Below are positions 9,404-20,344 of a DNA stretch of 64,000 nt, in pieces. Source of the stretch: Minisyncoccota bacterium (GTDB taxonomy: Bacteria > Patescibacteriota > Minisyncoccia > Phycocordibacterales > UBA1550); assembly GCA_041660105.1 (NCBI GenBank), contig JBAZWZ010000001.1, positions 64,523 through 128,522 of the forward strand, in the 5' to 3' direction. Positions within the stretch are counted from its first letter, which is position 1. Each line of letters begins with the position of its first letter. Both the position numbers and the translations under genes were made by a program. The notes under the pieces were generated by a model. The model was not told the origin of the DNA. It did no database searches and saw only the letters and a list, made by a program, of their open reading frames with translations.

Positions 9404-9979
9404 ATGCACCAGCACAAGCTCACCATCACCGACCGTATCCTTGCGAAAACGCTTTTGCGCCTTATTCCCCACTCCATTACGCCCAACTCCGTATCATGGG
9501 CGAGACTTCTCAGTGTTCCATTTATTGGATATTTCCTCTGGGTTGAGGATTATTCGGTTGCTCTCCCCCTCTTTTTCTTGTCTGCATTTTCTGATGCTGT
9601 TGATGGATCCCTCGCGCGCACCCGCAATCTCGTAACATCGTTTGGAAAGATGTTTGACCCACTCGCCGACAAGCTTCTCATTGCGACCGCAGTGATTATA
9701 TTTGTGCCAAAGTTCTTGGATTGGGGTATCGTACTTGCTATTGTGATCATCGACCTCATCCTCATCTCGAGCGCATATGTGCAGAGACGTTACTATGGCA
9801 AAACTATCCAAGCCGAAAACACAGGCAAGATTAAAATGGTATTACAGTCTCTCGGTGTTGGGGCGCTCCTTGTTCACGCACTCTTGGGAATCACGTTCTT
9901 TCTCGTTTTTGCGCACTGGCTTTTCTTTGCGGCAATTTTCTTTGCCCTCTTTTCGCTCGTAGTATATCGTGCAGTATAG
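9404..9979 (+). CDS. CDP-alcohol phosphatidyltransferase (PgsA-like)
   Basis: TPN, DAVDGSLAR..TSFGKMFDPLADK signature, GKIKMVLQ. Confidence 0.92.
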   Translation: MHQHKLTITDRILAKTLLRLIPHSITPNSVSWARLLSVPFIGYFLWVEDYSVALPLFFLSAFSDAVDGSLARTRNLVTSFGKMFDPLADKLLIATAVIIFVPKFLDWGIVLAIVIIDLILISSAYVQRRYYGKTIQAENTGKIKMVLQSLGVGALLVHALLGITFFLVFAHWLFFAAIFFALFSLVVYRAV

Positions 9980-10116
9980 TCTCTCAATATTTTTACCCTT
10001 TCACTTCTCTCAATTCACTATCTACTTATAGCGTACTATAGTATCATATAAGTAGATAGCTGAGCAGAAGAATATTTTCTCTTACTTTTTCGTTAGTACT
10101 TCGGTATAATGCAGAA

Positions 10117-12138
10117 ATGAAAACGAAACGAACACCCTACACCCCAAAGGATTTTAATTGGACAAAGTGGACCGCCACGGAAATCAAAGCGCTTGTGCCG
10201 CAAATTATTTCTGAAAAGAAAGCGCGACTTGTAGCAATCAAGACCGAGAAGTTGCCCCGCAATTTTGAAAACACTATTTATGCGCTTGAGGCATCCAACT
10301 ATGGCACCGCAGACATCATTTCAAAAATTGATCTTCTTCAAAATGTCTCTCCAGAGAAATCAATTCGCGATGCAGCAAAAAAAGCAGTTGAGGATTTTGA
10401 AAAACAAATGATTCATATCGAGCGCGACCCAAAGATCTGGAATGCGGTCAAAGAGTACGAGCATGGTTTGTGGAAAAAAGAAAAGGTTCATCTTAGGGCG
10501 GAAGACAAAAAACTTTTTCGTGATACCTACCTCGCCTACAAGCGCATGGGGTTCGATCTCGTCCCAACGAAGCAAAAGCGAGTGAAGGAAATTGAAGAAC
10601 GACTCACAAAAGTTGGGAGCGACTTTCAAAGCAACATTACAAACTACAAAGACCACATCGTCGTAACAAAAGAAGAAGCCATAGGCCTCCCTGAGCGCTA
10701 CCTATCTGGCCTTAAACAAGATAAAAAAGGCAATTATATTGTATCACTTGATTATCCTGACCTTGTCCCCTTTATGGAGCTCTGTCCAAATGAAGCAAAA
10801 CGAAAAGAGATTGGTGGCAAGAATTTACAAAAGGGAGGATTGAAAAACATGAAGGTTCTTAATGAGATGCTCAAGCTACGAGCAGAGCGTGCGTCACTTC
10901 TCGGATACAAACATCACGCTGACTATCAAACAGAACTTCGTATGGCAAAAAACGGGAAAGCAGCGTTTGATTTTGAACTTAACCTTTTAAGTAAAGTTTC
11001 AAAAAGTGGGAAGAGCGATCTCGATGAACTTCGCGAACTTAAACGTGAACTAACCAAAAATCCTAAAGCGGAAATATTTTCTCACGACGTCGCATATTAC
11101 GGCAACGAACTTCAGAAACGCCGCTTTAATTTCAGTAACGAGGAAATGCGCGAGTACTTCCCTATTGAGCGCGCACTTAGCGGTGCGTTCAATATTTACG
11201 CAACACTCTTTGGTGTAAAATTTGAAAAACAAAGCGGATTCCCTCTTTGGCATTCTGACGCAGAACTCTACGCAGTAAAAACTGCAAAAGGCGATATTGT
11301 TTCCTATTTTGCAATCGACCTCTATCCTCGCGAAGGAAAGCGTGGACATGCATCGGCGCATGGCGTTATTGACGGACACTGGAATACTTTTGTCGGTGGC
11401 AACTATTCAGTCCCCTTTGCAACTATTATTTGCAACTTTACAAAACCAACAGAAAAGACTCCTTCTCTCCTCTCTCATGGCGAGGTTGAAACATTTCTCC
11501 ATGAGTTTGGGCATATCATGCACTTCACACTCACAACTGCGCACTACGCATCACAAGCAGGATACAACACCGCATGGGACTTTGTTGAAGCGCCTTCGCA
11601 GATGCTTGAACACTGGGCATGGAACAAAAAATCTCTTGCACTTATGTCCTCCCACTACAAAACAGGAAAACCAATTCCAGAAAAACTTTTGAAAAATCTT
11701 ATCGCGAGCGAGGACCACTTGCTCCGTTACTCGACTCTACGTCAGCTTATTTTTGGAGTATTTGATCTGACCCTTCACACCTCAAAGAAAAAACTTGAGC
11801 CAGCGAAACTCTATCGTGATATGGTGAAAAAGTATACGGGGATGACATTGCCAAAAGACGCCATCTTCCCTGCTGGGTTCGGACATCTTAATGATTATGG
11901 GGCAGGATACTACAGCTACCTCTGGTCAAAGGTCTACGCCGCAGATATGTTTACCAGATTTGAGAAGGAAGGAATTTTGAACAAAAAAACTGGGGATGTT
12001 TACAAAAAATGGATTCTTGAAAAGGGTGGCAGCATGGAAGAAATGGAGCTCGTAAAAGGTTTTCTTGGTCGCAAACCATCGAATAAGGCGTTTCTGAAAG
12101 AGATTGGCATTGGCAAGTCCAAAAGTCGAAAGTCTTAA
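10117..12138 (+). CDS. M3 family Zn oligopeptidase (thimet/PrlC-like)
   Basis: DLYPREGK, FLHEFGH (HExxH), DFVEAPSQMLE, YGAGYYSYLWS. Confidence 0.95.
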   Translation: MKTKRTPYTPKDFNWTKWTATEIKALVPQIISEKKARLVAIKTEKLPRNFENTIYALEASNYGTADIISKIDLLQNVSPEKSIRDAAKKAVEDFEKQMIHIERDPKIWNAVKEYEHGLWKKEKVHLRAEDKKLFRDTYLAYKRMGFDLVPTKQKRVKEIEERLTKVGSDFQSNITNYKDHIVVTKEEAIGLPERYLSGLKQDKKGNYIVSLDYPDLVPFMELCPNEAKRKEIGGKNLQKGGLKNMKVLNEMLKLRAERASLLGYKHHADYQTELRMAKNGKAAFDFELNLLSKVSKSGKSDLDELRELKRELTKNPKAEIFSHDVAYYGNELQKRRFNFSNEEMREYFPIERALSGAFNIYATLFGVKFEKQSGFPLWHSDAELYAVKTAKGDIVSYFAIDLYPREGKRGHASAHGVIDGHWNTFVGGNYSVPFATIICNFTKPTEKTPSLLSHGEVETFLHEFGHIMHFTLTTAHYASQAGYNTAWDFVEAPSQMLEHWAWNKKSLALMSSHYKTGKPIPEKLLKNLIASEDHLLRYSTLRQLIFGVFDLTLHTSKKKLEPAKLYRDMVKKYTGMTLPKDAIFPAGFGHLNDYGAGYYSYLWSKVYAADMFTRFEKEGILNKKTGDVYKKWILEKGGSMEEMELVKGFLGRKPSNKAFLKEIGIGKSKSRKS

Positions 12139-12150
12139 GGTCAAAATGGG
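12115..12150 (+). repeat. AAAGTC-type short-period repeat overlapping the peptidase C-terminus; related copies at 48431-48460 and 63419-63453 (opposite strand)
   Basis: AAGTCCAAAAGTCGAAAGTCTTAAGGTCAAAATGGG versus the reverse complement of CCCACTTTTGACTTTAAGACTTTTGACGTTCGACT. Confidence 0.65.
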
Positions 12151-12208
12151 GTGCAGGGGTGAAGCGCGATGCGCTTCACCCCTGTTTCTATGGTAAAATC
12201 AAATAGTT

Positions 12209-14389
12209 ATGGCAGTCAAGAAACCCACTGAATCAATCCTCACCACCACTCCCCTTGCGGATATTTTTCGTCTTACTGATCCTCAGAAGAAGGGGCTCTC
12301 AAAAATCGGCGTCAACACTATATACGACCTTCTCTATTATTTCCCCACACGCTACACGAACACAGCGGAGATCAAACACATTACCAATCTCACCAAGGGC
12401 GAGGATGCAACCATCTATGGTCGTGTCGTTTCTTCAAAAACTTCAAAGGGTTTCCGCTCCAAGATTCCTATGACTGAAGCGGTTATTGAGGACAGCACTG
12501 GACACATCAAGTGTGTTTGGTTCCATCAGGCGTACATTTCCAAAATGCTGATTGAAGGAAGTATGGTCAAACTCTCGGGTCACGTCGAAGAAAGAAGTGG
12601 GGCTCTCTACCTTGCCAACCCTGACCTAGCACGCACCAAGGAGCTTCCGATGAACGCAAGCGATTCTCTTTTTCAGAGCGAGGGGGAAACTATTTTTTAT
12701 CCTGTGTACCCAGAAACCAAGGGTATCACCTCACGATTTATCTATCATCATATTCAAAAATTATTTAGCAAGGGGGTGCTCGAAAATATTGTCGATGCGA
12801 TTCCTGCGGACATCCTCGCTCGCTATCACCTCCCCACACTGACGACGTCACTTGTATGGATACACACTCCACAAAAAGAGGCTGATGCATTGTCTGCGCG
12901 TAAGCGTTTTGCTTTTGAGGAAGTGTTTATGATTCAACTCGCACGACAGCAGGAACGTGCACTTACGAAAGAGCACAGCGGTTTCAAAATTGTTCCTGAG
13001 AAGGAATCCCTTGCAAAGTTTACTGCGCGCTTCCCCTTCAAACCAACTGCTTCGCAAGAGCATGCACTCAAAGATATTTTTGCAGATTTTAAAAAAGGGA
13101 TTCCGATGGGTCGCCTCCTCGAAGGTGATGTTGGTTCGGGAAAAACATTTGTCGCAGCAACGGCTGCGTATGCGACCGTGACTACCGCACCGCTCGATAA
13201 TAAATTTGGGAATCTTCAGGTTGCCTACATGGCACCAACCGAAATCCTCGCTGAACAACATTTCCAAAGTTTTATCGAGTACTTCAAAGATACTCCAATA
13301 GAAATAGGCCTCCTTACAGGCAGTGGCGCAAAAAAGTTTCCTTCCAAGTCTGACCCAAGTGGAGCAACGTCAGTATCTCGCGCACAGCTTCTCAAGTGGG
13401 TCGCTGAAGGCAAGCTCCCTATTCTTATCGGCACCCATGCACTCATTCAAAAAAGTGTGCAGTTTAAGAATCTTGGACTCGCTATTGTGGACGAGCAACA
13501 CAAATTCGGGACACTACAAAGAGGCAAACTTGCGAAGAAAGATGAGGTACTGCCGCATTTTCTCTCGATGACAGCGACACCAATCCCTCGCACACTCGCA
13601 CTCACTATCTATGGCAACCTCGACCTCACCCTTCTCGATGAGATGCCTGTGGGGCGTCTGCCGATTAAGACAGAGCTCATCACCAAAGCAAATCGCTCAA
13701 GAATGGAGGAACATATTCGTGCCGAAATAAATAACGGTCACCAAGCGTATGTCATTTGCCCACGCATTGATGAACCAGACCCAACCAAAGAGGCAGCGCT
13801 CAATGCGAAGTCAGTAACAGCAGAGGCAGAGCGCATAGCAACCGATGTGTTCCCTGAGTTTAACGTTGGCATCCTCCACGGCAAAATGAAACCCGATGAA
13901 AAAGAATGGGTTATGGATGAATTTAAAAAAGGTGCAATCAATATTCTTGTCGCGACGTCAGTCATCGAAGTCGGCGTAAATGTTCCCAATGCAACCATCA
14001 TCGTGATTGAAGGAGCGGAACGTTTTGGACTCTCGCAACTCCATCAACTTCGTGGACGAGTCATCCGTAGCAATCATCAATCGTATTGCTATGTGCTCAC
14101 CGATAGCACAAGTGAAGTTTCGCAGAAGCGCCTCAAAGCACTCACCACAGCGAAGAATGGTTTCGAGCTCTCAGAGCTCGACCTCACCCTCCGTGGCGCA
14201 GGCGAACTCTCGGGACGCAAACAATGGGGCATCTCCGACCTTGGCATGGAAGCAATCAAAAATATTAAAATGGTTGAAGCCGCGCGCACAGAAGCAGCAC
14301 GTCTCATCGCAGAAGATTCATCTCTTGCAAGCTATCCCCTCCTTCTCGACACAATTCTAAAAAACCACCGCGATACGCACTGGGAGTAA
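12209..14389 (+). CDS. recG: ATP-dependent DNA helicase RecG
   Basis: Wedge/OB domain, GDVGSGKT, MAPTEILAEQH, DEQHKFG, MTATPIPRT, QLHQLRGRV. Confidence 0.96.
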   Translation: MAVKKPTESILTTTPLADIFRLTDPQKKGLSKIGVNTIYDLLYYFPTRYTNTAEIKHITNLTKGEDATIYGRVVSSKTSKGFRSKIPMTEAVIEDSTGHIKCVWFHQAYISKMLIEGSMVKLSGHVEERSGALYLANPDLARTKELPMNASDSLFQSEGETIFYPVYPETKGITSRFIYHHIQKLFSKGVLENIVDAIPADILARYHLPTLTTSLVWIHTPQKEADALSARKRFAFEEVFMIQLARQQERALTKEHSGFKIVPEKESLAKFTARFPFKPTASQEHALKDIFADFKKGIPMGRLLEGDVGSGKTFVAATAAYATVTTAPLDNKFGNLQVAYMAPTEILAEQHFQSFIEYFKDTPIEIGLLTGSGAKKFPSKSDPSGATSVSRAQLLKWVAEGKLPILIGTHALIQKSVQFKNLGLAIVDEQHKFGTLQRGKLAKKDEVLPHFLSMTATPIPRTLALTIYGNLDLTLLDEMPVGRLPIKTELITKANRSRMEEHIRAEINNGHQAYVICPRIDEPDPTKEAALNAKSVTAEAERIATDVFPEFNVGILHGKMKPDEKEWVMDEFKKGAINILVATSVIEVGVNVPNATIIVIEGAERFGLSQLHQLRGRVIRSNHQSYCYVLTDSTSEVSQKRLKALTTAKNGFELSELDLTLRGAGELSGRKQWGISDLGMEAIKNIKMVEAARTEAARLIAEDSSLASYPLLLDTILKNHRDTHWE

Positions 14390-14566
14390 AGGTCACTCGC
14401 TAAATTCTTTTTATGGTACGGATTTTTTGAAGCTTAAAAAATCCTGAAATACTCGTGTCGACACACTCGTAACCCCACAAAAAGCAACTCAGCTCGCTTT
14501 GAGTTAGGGCACAAAATGCAGATAAAAAAACAGGCGACTTTTGGTCGCCTGTATATATTCCACAGC

Positions 14567-15097
14567 TCAAATTGCTTTAGCATCGATAAGTGCCATGAGC
14601 GCCTTGGTGGTTGGTTCATCGATCAATTTATAGTTTCGCCCAAGTCGTCCGTTCAACGTGACATTTTTGTGCACGCCTGGGCGATATCCGATTTCTGGAT
14701 TTATTAATTGAGCTATCTCAAATGTAATCGGGAGAGCAAAATCAACGAGCCGCGTTTGCTTCATGTCGGCATGGACTATCGGACTTTCTTCTTCCCCTGA
14801 TTTGCGCAGAACAGAGAAGTAACCGATGAGGTACTGATTCCCTCGCCATAACGTCCTAAAGAAAAGCACGTCTCTTAGTTGAATCGCCTTCCGAAGACCG
14901 CGATGACAACGACCGTACGTCCCCTCATCAAAATTTGGATCCTTCTTGATGTAATAATCTCGCTCAAGAATTTCATCCGCGCGGAGAAGTCGACGAATCG
15001 GCTCATCGGTTTTTTTGCCATTTCTTATTCGCAAAACACCCCGCTGAAATGTCTCTTGTGTCCAGTCACTGAAACAGTACGTCACAAAGCCTTTCAT
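14567..15097 (-). CDS. Hypothetical protein resembling nucleotide-modification-associated (Nmad2/Nmad3-like) domains
   Basis: DPNFDEGTYGRC..LRK..DVLFF..YLIGYF pattern; GGAGG SD. Family call is from memory of motifs only. Confidence 0.5.
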   Translation of the reverse strand: MKGFVTYCFSDWTQETFQRGVLRIRNGKKTDEPIRRLLRADEILERDYYIKKDPNFDEGTYGRCHRGLRKAIQLRDVLFFRTLWRGNQYLIGYFSVLRKSGEEESPIVHADMKQTRLVDFALPITFEIAQLINPEIGYRPGVHKNVTLNGRLGRNYKLIDEPTTKALMALIDAKAI

Positions 15098-15222
15098 TGT
15101 TCACCTCCAATAATAGAAAGAATCTTCCCCCATACTAGCTTAGTTTGAATTTTAATCAAGTCAGCAAGCCACACTAATGCTCTCGTTTGGGACAAATGAG
15201 AAAGCGGCAAAATCTGCCGCTT

Positions 15223-15627
15223 TTATACAACACACACCCAAAGGTTGAGCATTCTCTTTCTCCCTTGCTCTTTAGAAATGAGTGAAAAACCGATGTGTTC
15301 GTAAAACAAATTTGATGCATTATCCACAGGACACTTCAACTGAATTGGTTTTGATATTCGTGACAAGAGAAGTTTCCCAATACCTTCGTATCTAAAATCA
15401 CCTCTTACGCAAATATCGTACACAGTGTTCCATTCGTCACGACGATGATGCCACCTGACGAACCCAACAACCTCACCGTCATCCTTGCATGCCACAAACA
15501 GTTCGCCACTTTGTATGGATTCCACAAAAATGGGTCTCACAATGAAGCCAATCTCCTTTTTGTGGGCATCAGCAATTCTCTTTATTGTGGGCAAATCTTC
15601 AATGCAACCAAAGCGCACGTTGAACAT
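15223..15627 (-). CDS. GNAT family N-acetyltransferase
   Basis: VVGFV, ICVRGDFRYEGIGKLLL (motif A), NASNLFYEHIGF (motif B). Confidence 0.85.
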   Translation of the reverse strand: MFNVRFGCIEDLPTIKRIADAHKKEIGFIVRPIFVESIQSGELFVACKDDGEVVGFVRWHHRRDEWNTVYDICVRGDFRYEGIGKLLLSRISKPIQLKCPVDNASNLFYEHIGFSLISKEQGRKRMLNLWVCVV

Positions 15628-15722
15628 TTTGCTTCTCCTTTAGTCTCAAATCTTTCCTCATCCTATGCTAATTTTGCACAAAATCAAGCCCAAACAAAAA
15701 CCAAGATATTTGATGTTTACTG

Positions 15723-15796
15723 TCCGTCCACCAGGACTCGAACCTGGGACCGCGGAGATATAAGCTCCGTGCTCTAACCAACTGAGCTATGGACGG
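15723..15796 (-). tRNA. tRNA-Ile(TAT)
   Basis: CCGTCCA/TGGACGG acceptor, GCTC/GAGC D-stem, CGGAG-CTTATAT-CTCCG anticodon arm, CCAGG-TTCGAGT-CCTGG T-arm, A73. Confidence 0.9.
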
Positions 15797-16048
15797 ACAC
15801 TAAACACCAACCCTCATTCTCTTGAAATTATATGATTACATATAACGACAGCATTCGGACGTCGTGTGAGAGGTTACTCTCCCACACGCTCCTCATTTGT
15901 CGTTATAAGCTCCGTGGTTCATTTAGCAAAATGACCTACGGGCAAAGCACCAACTGACCATATATTTTGCTAGCCATCATAGTATACCAAAATTACCAAA
16001 ACTAAAACCCCCTGAACAGCACCATTATTATTGTGATATAATACCCTT

Positions 16049-16978
16049 GTGGAACCAACGACATCTCACAAAAGTACAATTATTATCGCGATAATCGCGA
16101 CTTTTGTCGTGGCAGGGGTCGGGTATGCTGGGTATTGGGGTTATCAAAAGTATTCAACTCTTGAACAAGCAAAAAACTCTCTGCAAGCAGAACTTGAGAA
16201 AACCAAACGGGAGTATGCATCTACTACGGAGCAACTTCAAAATGATCTTGGAGTGGCAAAAGAATATATTGTCTCGACACAGACAGCGCGTGTAAACGCC
16301 GAGCAAGATGTCCAAAAAGGGCAAGAAGCTCTCGACGCAATGGCAAAGACGCTTGGCATTTACGAGAAACTCACTCAGACAGACCGCGAACTTCTCGCGA
16401 AATATTCTAAGGTGTATTTTTTGAGTGATACGTACAGCCCAAAACTTTCTGTTACAATCCCCCCTTCATACACCCTCGAGACACAAACGGAAAAATATTT
16501 TCTATCTGAAGCGTGGCCTTTTCTTCAGTCAATGCTTGGTGATGCAACAAAAGAAAATATTGATTTGAAAATTCTTTCTGCGTTTCGTTCGTTCGATACG
16601 CAAACCAAACTTAAAAATGCGTACACAGTCACATACGGATCGGGAGCAAATAAATTCTCCGCGGATCAGGGGTACTCAGAGCACCAGCTTGGTACCGCAA
16701 TAGACTTCACTACATCAAAGCTTGGCACAAAGTACACAACATTTGAAAAAACAGCGAGCTATACGTGGCTCGCTGCAAACGCTTACAAATACGGCTTCGT
16801 GCTTTCCTATCCTAAGAACAATTTGTATTATATTTTTGAGCCATGGCACTGGAGATTTGTCGGCAAAGCACTCGCGCTTAGGCTTCATAATGAAAACAAA
16901 AACTTCGTTGATCTCCCTCAGCGAGACATTAATGATTTCCTTATTTATATTTTTGACGGGAACCCAGTGATCAACTAG
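16049..16978 (+). CDS. M15B D-Ala-D-Ala carboxypeptidase (VanY-like) with TM anchor and coiled coil
   Basis: SAFRS, SADQGYSEHQLGTAIDF, FEPWHWRFVG. Confidence 0.92.
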   Translation: MEPTTSHKSTIIIAIIATFVVAGVGYAGYWGYQKYSTLEQAKNSLQAELEKTKREYASTTEQLQNDLGVAKEYIVSTQTARVNAEQDVQKGQEALDAMAKTLGIYEKLTQTDRELLAKYSKVYFLSDTYSPKLSVTIPPSYTLETQTEKYFLSEAWPFLQSMLGDATKENIDLKILSAFRSFDTQTKLKNAYTVTYGSGANKFSADQGYSEHQLGTAIDFTTSKLGTKYTTFEKTASYTWLAANAYKYGFVLSYPKNNLYYIFEPWHWRFVGKALALRLHNENKNFVDLPQRDINDFLIYIFDGNPVIN

Positions 16979-16983
16979 AACGC

Positions 16984-17045
16984 TCAAGAAGAAATAAAGG
17001 ACCGCCCTTTGCAGCTGCAAAGGGCGGTCCTTTATTTCTTCTTGA
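16984..17045. terminator. 62-bp perfect palindrome between convergent genes (bidirectional terminator)
   Basis: Two 31-bp arms, no spacer, no mismatch. Confidence 0.8.
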
Positions 17046-17057
17046 AGGGCGTGCCGA

Positions 17058-17456
17058 CTATGCCGCGAGAACCCCAAAGAACATTATCCACGTAAGAACC
17101 GCGGACGCTGTACACCAGAAACACCACGCTTTGATGACCTGCCACTGGAGAAAGGTAAAGTAAACTGACATTGCTGCCCCCATACCGAGGAGTACCCGCT
17201 CTCCGGCAATAATGAATGGTGACGTACATCCATTGATTACTGCTAGCTCAACAACAACTGCGGCAACATAGAAAATGAGCCCTAGAATATCATTTCCTAT
17301 TCCAAGTGTTTTGCTGTAAGGACTTTCCCATACCGTCTCACAGCTATGCCCAATAATGCACACGGGTGGCTTCTTCCTTATGTGTTGAATGCGCAGATAC
17401 CCCGTGATACCAATACCGAGAAACGCAGAGATTAAAACAATGATGTGTACGTCCAT
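17058..17456 (-). CDS. Vitamin K epoxide reductase (VKOR) family protein
   Basis: C-x5-C-xxV-xxSxYS loop, four TM segments, WCFWC redox motif. Confidence 0.92.
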   Translation of the reverse strand: MDVHIIVLISAFLGIGITGYLRIQHIRKKPPVCIIGHSCETVWESPYSKTLGIGNDILGLIFYVAAVVVELAVINGCTSPFIIAGERVLLGMGAAMSVYFTFLQWQVIKAWCFWCTASAVLTWIMFFGVLAA

Positions 17457-17460
17457 AATA

Positions 17461-19428
17461 TTATGCGGTTATTTCTATATTCAACTTCTTTGGCATTATA
17501 CCATTTGCAATAAGAATTTTCTCGAACTCCTCGCGCTCAATAGATTCCTGAACAATGAGCTCGTTCGCAATAGCATCAAGCAGTTTGCGATGCTTGGTAC
17601 AAGCTTCGCGTGCTCGCGCAAATGCATCATTCATAATCTTTGAAACCTCAGCATCAATCTTCGCAGAAACATCTTCTGAGTAGTCGCGACTATCGACTCC
17701 TCGTCCACCAAAAAGTGCTCGTCCACCAGTCCCCTCGAGAGCGATAGGTCCGAGCTTCTCGGACATACCGTACTTCGTCACCATATCACGTGCGAGTGCT
17801 GTAGAAACCTGGAGGTCATTTGAAGGTCCTGTCGTCACATCACCAAAAATCATTTGCTCTGCAACGTACCCACCGAGAGACATTGCGATGTCATCGAGAA
17901 ATTCTCCACGAGTCTGGAGACGAGTTTCTTCGAGAGGTAGTTTCAATGTATATCCCCCTGCGTTACCGCGGGCAATAATAGAAATCTTGTGCACTGGGTC
18001 AGCGTGTGGAAGCACCGACGCAACGAGTGCATGCCCCGCCTCGTGATATGCAGTAACGCGCTTCTCCTCCTTTGAGAGGATATGGCTCTTGCGCTCGGGT
18101 CCCATCATCACCTTCTCAATGGAGCGAATGAAGTCAAACTGCGCCACCGTCTTCCTATCCTCACGCGCTGCGAGGATAGCGCCTTCGTTCATAAGAGAAA
18201 AGAGGTCAGCTCCCGAAAATCCCGGTGTACGCTCAGCAATCACTTTCAAATTTACATCTTCTGCGAGTGGCTTCTTGCGCGCATGAATATTCAAAATCTC
18301 CTCACGGCCTTCACGGTCAGGAAGCTCGAGGGTTACGCGACGATCGAAACGTCCCGGGCGAAGAAGTGCGGGGTCGAGAACATCAGGTCTGTTGGTCGCC
18401 GCCATCACAATCACCTTTTCCGTAGGCTCAAATCCATCCATCTCCACAAGTATCTGGTTCAAGGTCTGCTCACGCTCGTCGTTCCCTCCACCGACACCAC
18501 CACCGCGCACACGCCCCACGGCATCAATCTCATCAATAAAAATAATTGCAGGCGCTGCTTTCTTTGCCAACTTAAAAAGGTCGCGCACACGCGAAGCACC
18601 GACACCCACAAACATTTCTACGAACTCTGAACCAGAGAGATGAAAGAACGGCACCGCCGCCTCCCCTGCTACCGCGCGTGCGAGAAGAGTCTTGCCCGTA
18701 CCAGGTGCACCCATAAGAAGTACCCCCTTGGGAATACGCGCTCCGATATCAAGAAACTTTTTCGGGTTGCGGAGGAAATCCACAATCTCAACGAGCTCTT
18801 CCTTTGCTTCCTTTGCACCTGCAACATCTTTGAAAGTAACTTTCTGTGTCGTATCGTTGGGATCAATGATGCGCGCCTTGGATTGACCGAAGGAGAACGC
18901 TTGCATCCCCGCACCCTTGACCTGTCGTGAGAGCATCCAAAAGACCAACACGATAAGAATTATCGGAAGGAGGAACGGAAGCATATTGAGGAAGTAGTAA
19001 CCAAAACCGCTTTCGTTTTTTACCTCAACCTCGACTCCAGAAAGTTTCTCTGATGTCACGCCGTAGTTTACAAGCGTCTGAGAAAGTGATGACTCTACTT
19101 CCTTCTTTGAAGTCTTCTTCGAGCCATCGACATACTCTGCGTCGATAGCCTCACCCGACACAACAATCTTCTTCACGGCTCCCGCAGTAATATCTTGTGC
19201 AATAGTTGAGACAGGAACTTCGGTTGCCTTTTTGTCACTTCCTACAATCGTCGAGTAGAGTGTCGAAATAATAAGGAACACGAGCACTGCTGTGACGAAG
19301 TTTGAGAAAAACTGCCCCGCGGGTGGCATCTTGGGAAGACCAGGAATCTGCCCTTTCTTTCCCCTCGCCTTTTCTCCCGCCTTCTCCCCTTTTTCTTTAT
19401 TCATCTTTTTGTTTTTGAAACTTTGCAT
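17461..19428 (-). CDS. ftsH: ATP-dependent zinc metalloprotease FtsH
   Basis: Two TM segments, [24 protein letters not shown]; start approximate. Confidence 0.97.
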   Translation of the reverse strand: MQSFKNKKMNKEKGEKAGEKARGKKGQIPGLPKMPPAGQFFSNFVTAVLVFLIISTLYSTIVGSDKKATEVPVSTIAQDITAGAVKKIVVSGEAIDAEYVDGSKKTSKKEVESSLSQTLVNYGVTSEKLSGVEVEVKNESGFGYYFLNMLPFLLPIILIVLVFWMLSRQVKGAGMQAFSFGQSKARIIDPNDTTQKVTFKDVAGAKEAKEELVEIVDFLRNPKKFLDIGARIPKGVLLMGAPGTGKTLLARAVAGEAAVPFFHLSGSEFVEMFVGVGASRVRDLFKLAKKAAPAIIFIDEIDAVGRVRGGGVGGGNDEREQTLNQILVEMDGFEPTEKVIVMAATNRPDVLDPALLRPGRFDRRVTLELPDREGREEILNIHARKKPLAEDVNLKVIAERTPGFSGADLFSLMNEGAILAAREDRKTVAQFDFIRSIEKVMMGPERKSHILSKEEKRVTAYHEAGHALVASVLPHADPVHKISIIARGNAGGYTLKLPLEETRLQTRGEFLDDIAMSLGGYVAEQMIFGDVTTGPSNDLQVSTALARDMVTKYGMSEKLGPIALEGTGGRALFGGRGVDSRDYSEDVSAKIDAEVSKIMNDAFARAREACTKHRKLLDAIANELIVQESIEREEFEKILIANGIMPKKLNIEITA

Positions 19429-19505
19429 AATAGTGCAAGTATACCACAAGGCCCCAACTCACAAAACAAAGGACCTGCGCGTTGTGCAGGTCCTTAACTC
19501 CAGTG

Positions 19506-19808
19506 TTATATTTCAGGGTATTGAGCAACGACACCACACTTGGGACACGATAATTCATTCCACAAGATTGGTCCAAACGAAACAACGCCAGAAAAATGCT
19601 CAAATTGTTGGAGGTAGAGCTTCTTCTTTTTGCAATGCGGGCACGTATCCCGTTCCCCAAAGATAGGGCGATGAGGTGCGCCACATTCGCAACCATCTTC
19701 ACCCTCTCTCATAATCGTCCTGAGCGATGGGGAGAACGGGAGTTTATTGATAAGAAACGTGACAGGGATTGCTGCTATTAGAGCCAATATGAAATTCACA
19801 AAACTCAT
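19506..19808 (-). CDS. Small membrane-anchored Cys-rich (Zn-ribbon) protein
   Basis: N-terminal TM, CECG, CPHC, CPKC; AGGAGG SD. Confidence 0.7.
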   Translation of the reverse strand: MSFVNFILALIAAIPVTFLINKLPFSPSLRTIMREGEDGCECGAPHRPIFGERDTCPHCKKKKLYLQQFEHFSGVVSFGPILWNELSCPKCGVVAQYPEI

Positions 19809-19939
19809 GATGTCCTCCTGTTCAAGGAACTACGGTTGAAATTATCTATATAAAAACTACTTCTTCTGGGACGTAAAGTCAACGAGCAGTAAAAAAGGCC
19901 GAGTGGAATGCTCGGCCTTTCGTAACAACGTTGACGTCG

Positions 19940-20062
19940 TTACTTGTTCTTGCGGCAGTTGCTGTAAACGGCGCCTTTTGAAAAAAAGTACTTTGACGCC
20001 AGTGAGCAGAGCACAAGGGCGACAACGAGCGACAAAAACACAATTGGGTCATCCTGCCACAT
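19940..20062 (-). CDS. 40-aa single-TM protein
   Basis: GGAGG SD then MWQDDPIVFLSLVVALVLCSLASKYFF...; own upstream TTGACA and downstream hairpin. Confidence 0.55.
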   Translation of the reverse strand: MWQDDPIVFLSLVVALVLCSLASKYFFSKGAVYSNCRKNK

Positions 20063-20188
20063 AGTAAACCTCCATGAGATGATGCAAGGGGAACAACTAC
20101 CCATAAGCCTACTCCTATTTAAAATACTGTCAACGAGAAACGAGACAATAAAGAAAGGCGGGTTCACTTGCGCGACCCCGCCTTGATT

Positions 20189-20344
20189 TTATTCACCCTC
20201 TGGGAATGAATTGTTGAACATCGATGCGACGAGTTTGAAGCCCATCGCGAAATCCCACAGGAATCGTGCAACATAGTACACAACGATTCCAATAAGGGCA
20301 CACCACGATACGAACGAAAGTCCAAGAATAACAAACGGGTCCAT
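20189..20344 (-). CDS. 51-aa hydrophobic protein
   Basis: Below the ORF-track cutoff. AGGAG SD, MDPFVILGLSFVSWCALIGIVVYYVARFLWDFAMGFKLVASMFNNSFPEGE; TTGACA-N17-TACGAT promoter; hairpin at 20155-20184. Confidence 0.6.
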   Translation of the reverse strand: MDPFVILGLSFVSWCALIGIVVYYVARFLWDFAMGFKLVASMFNNSFPEGE

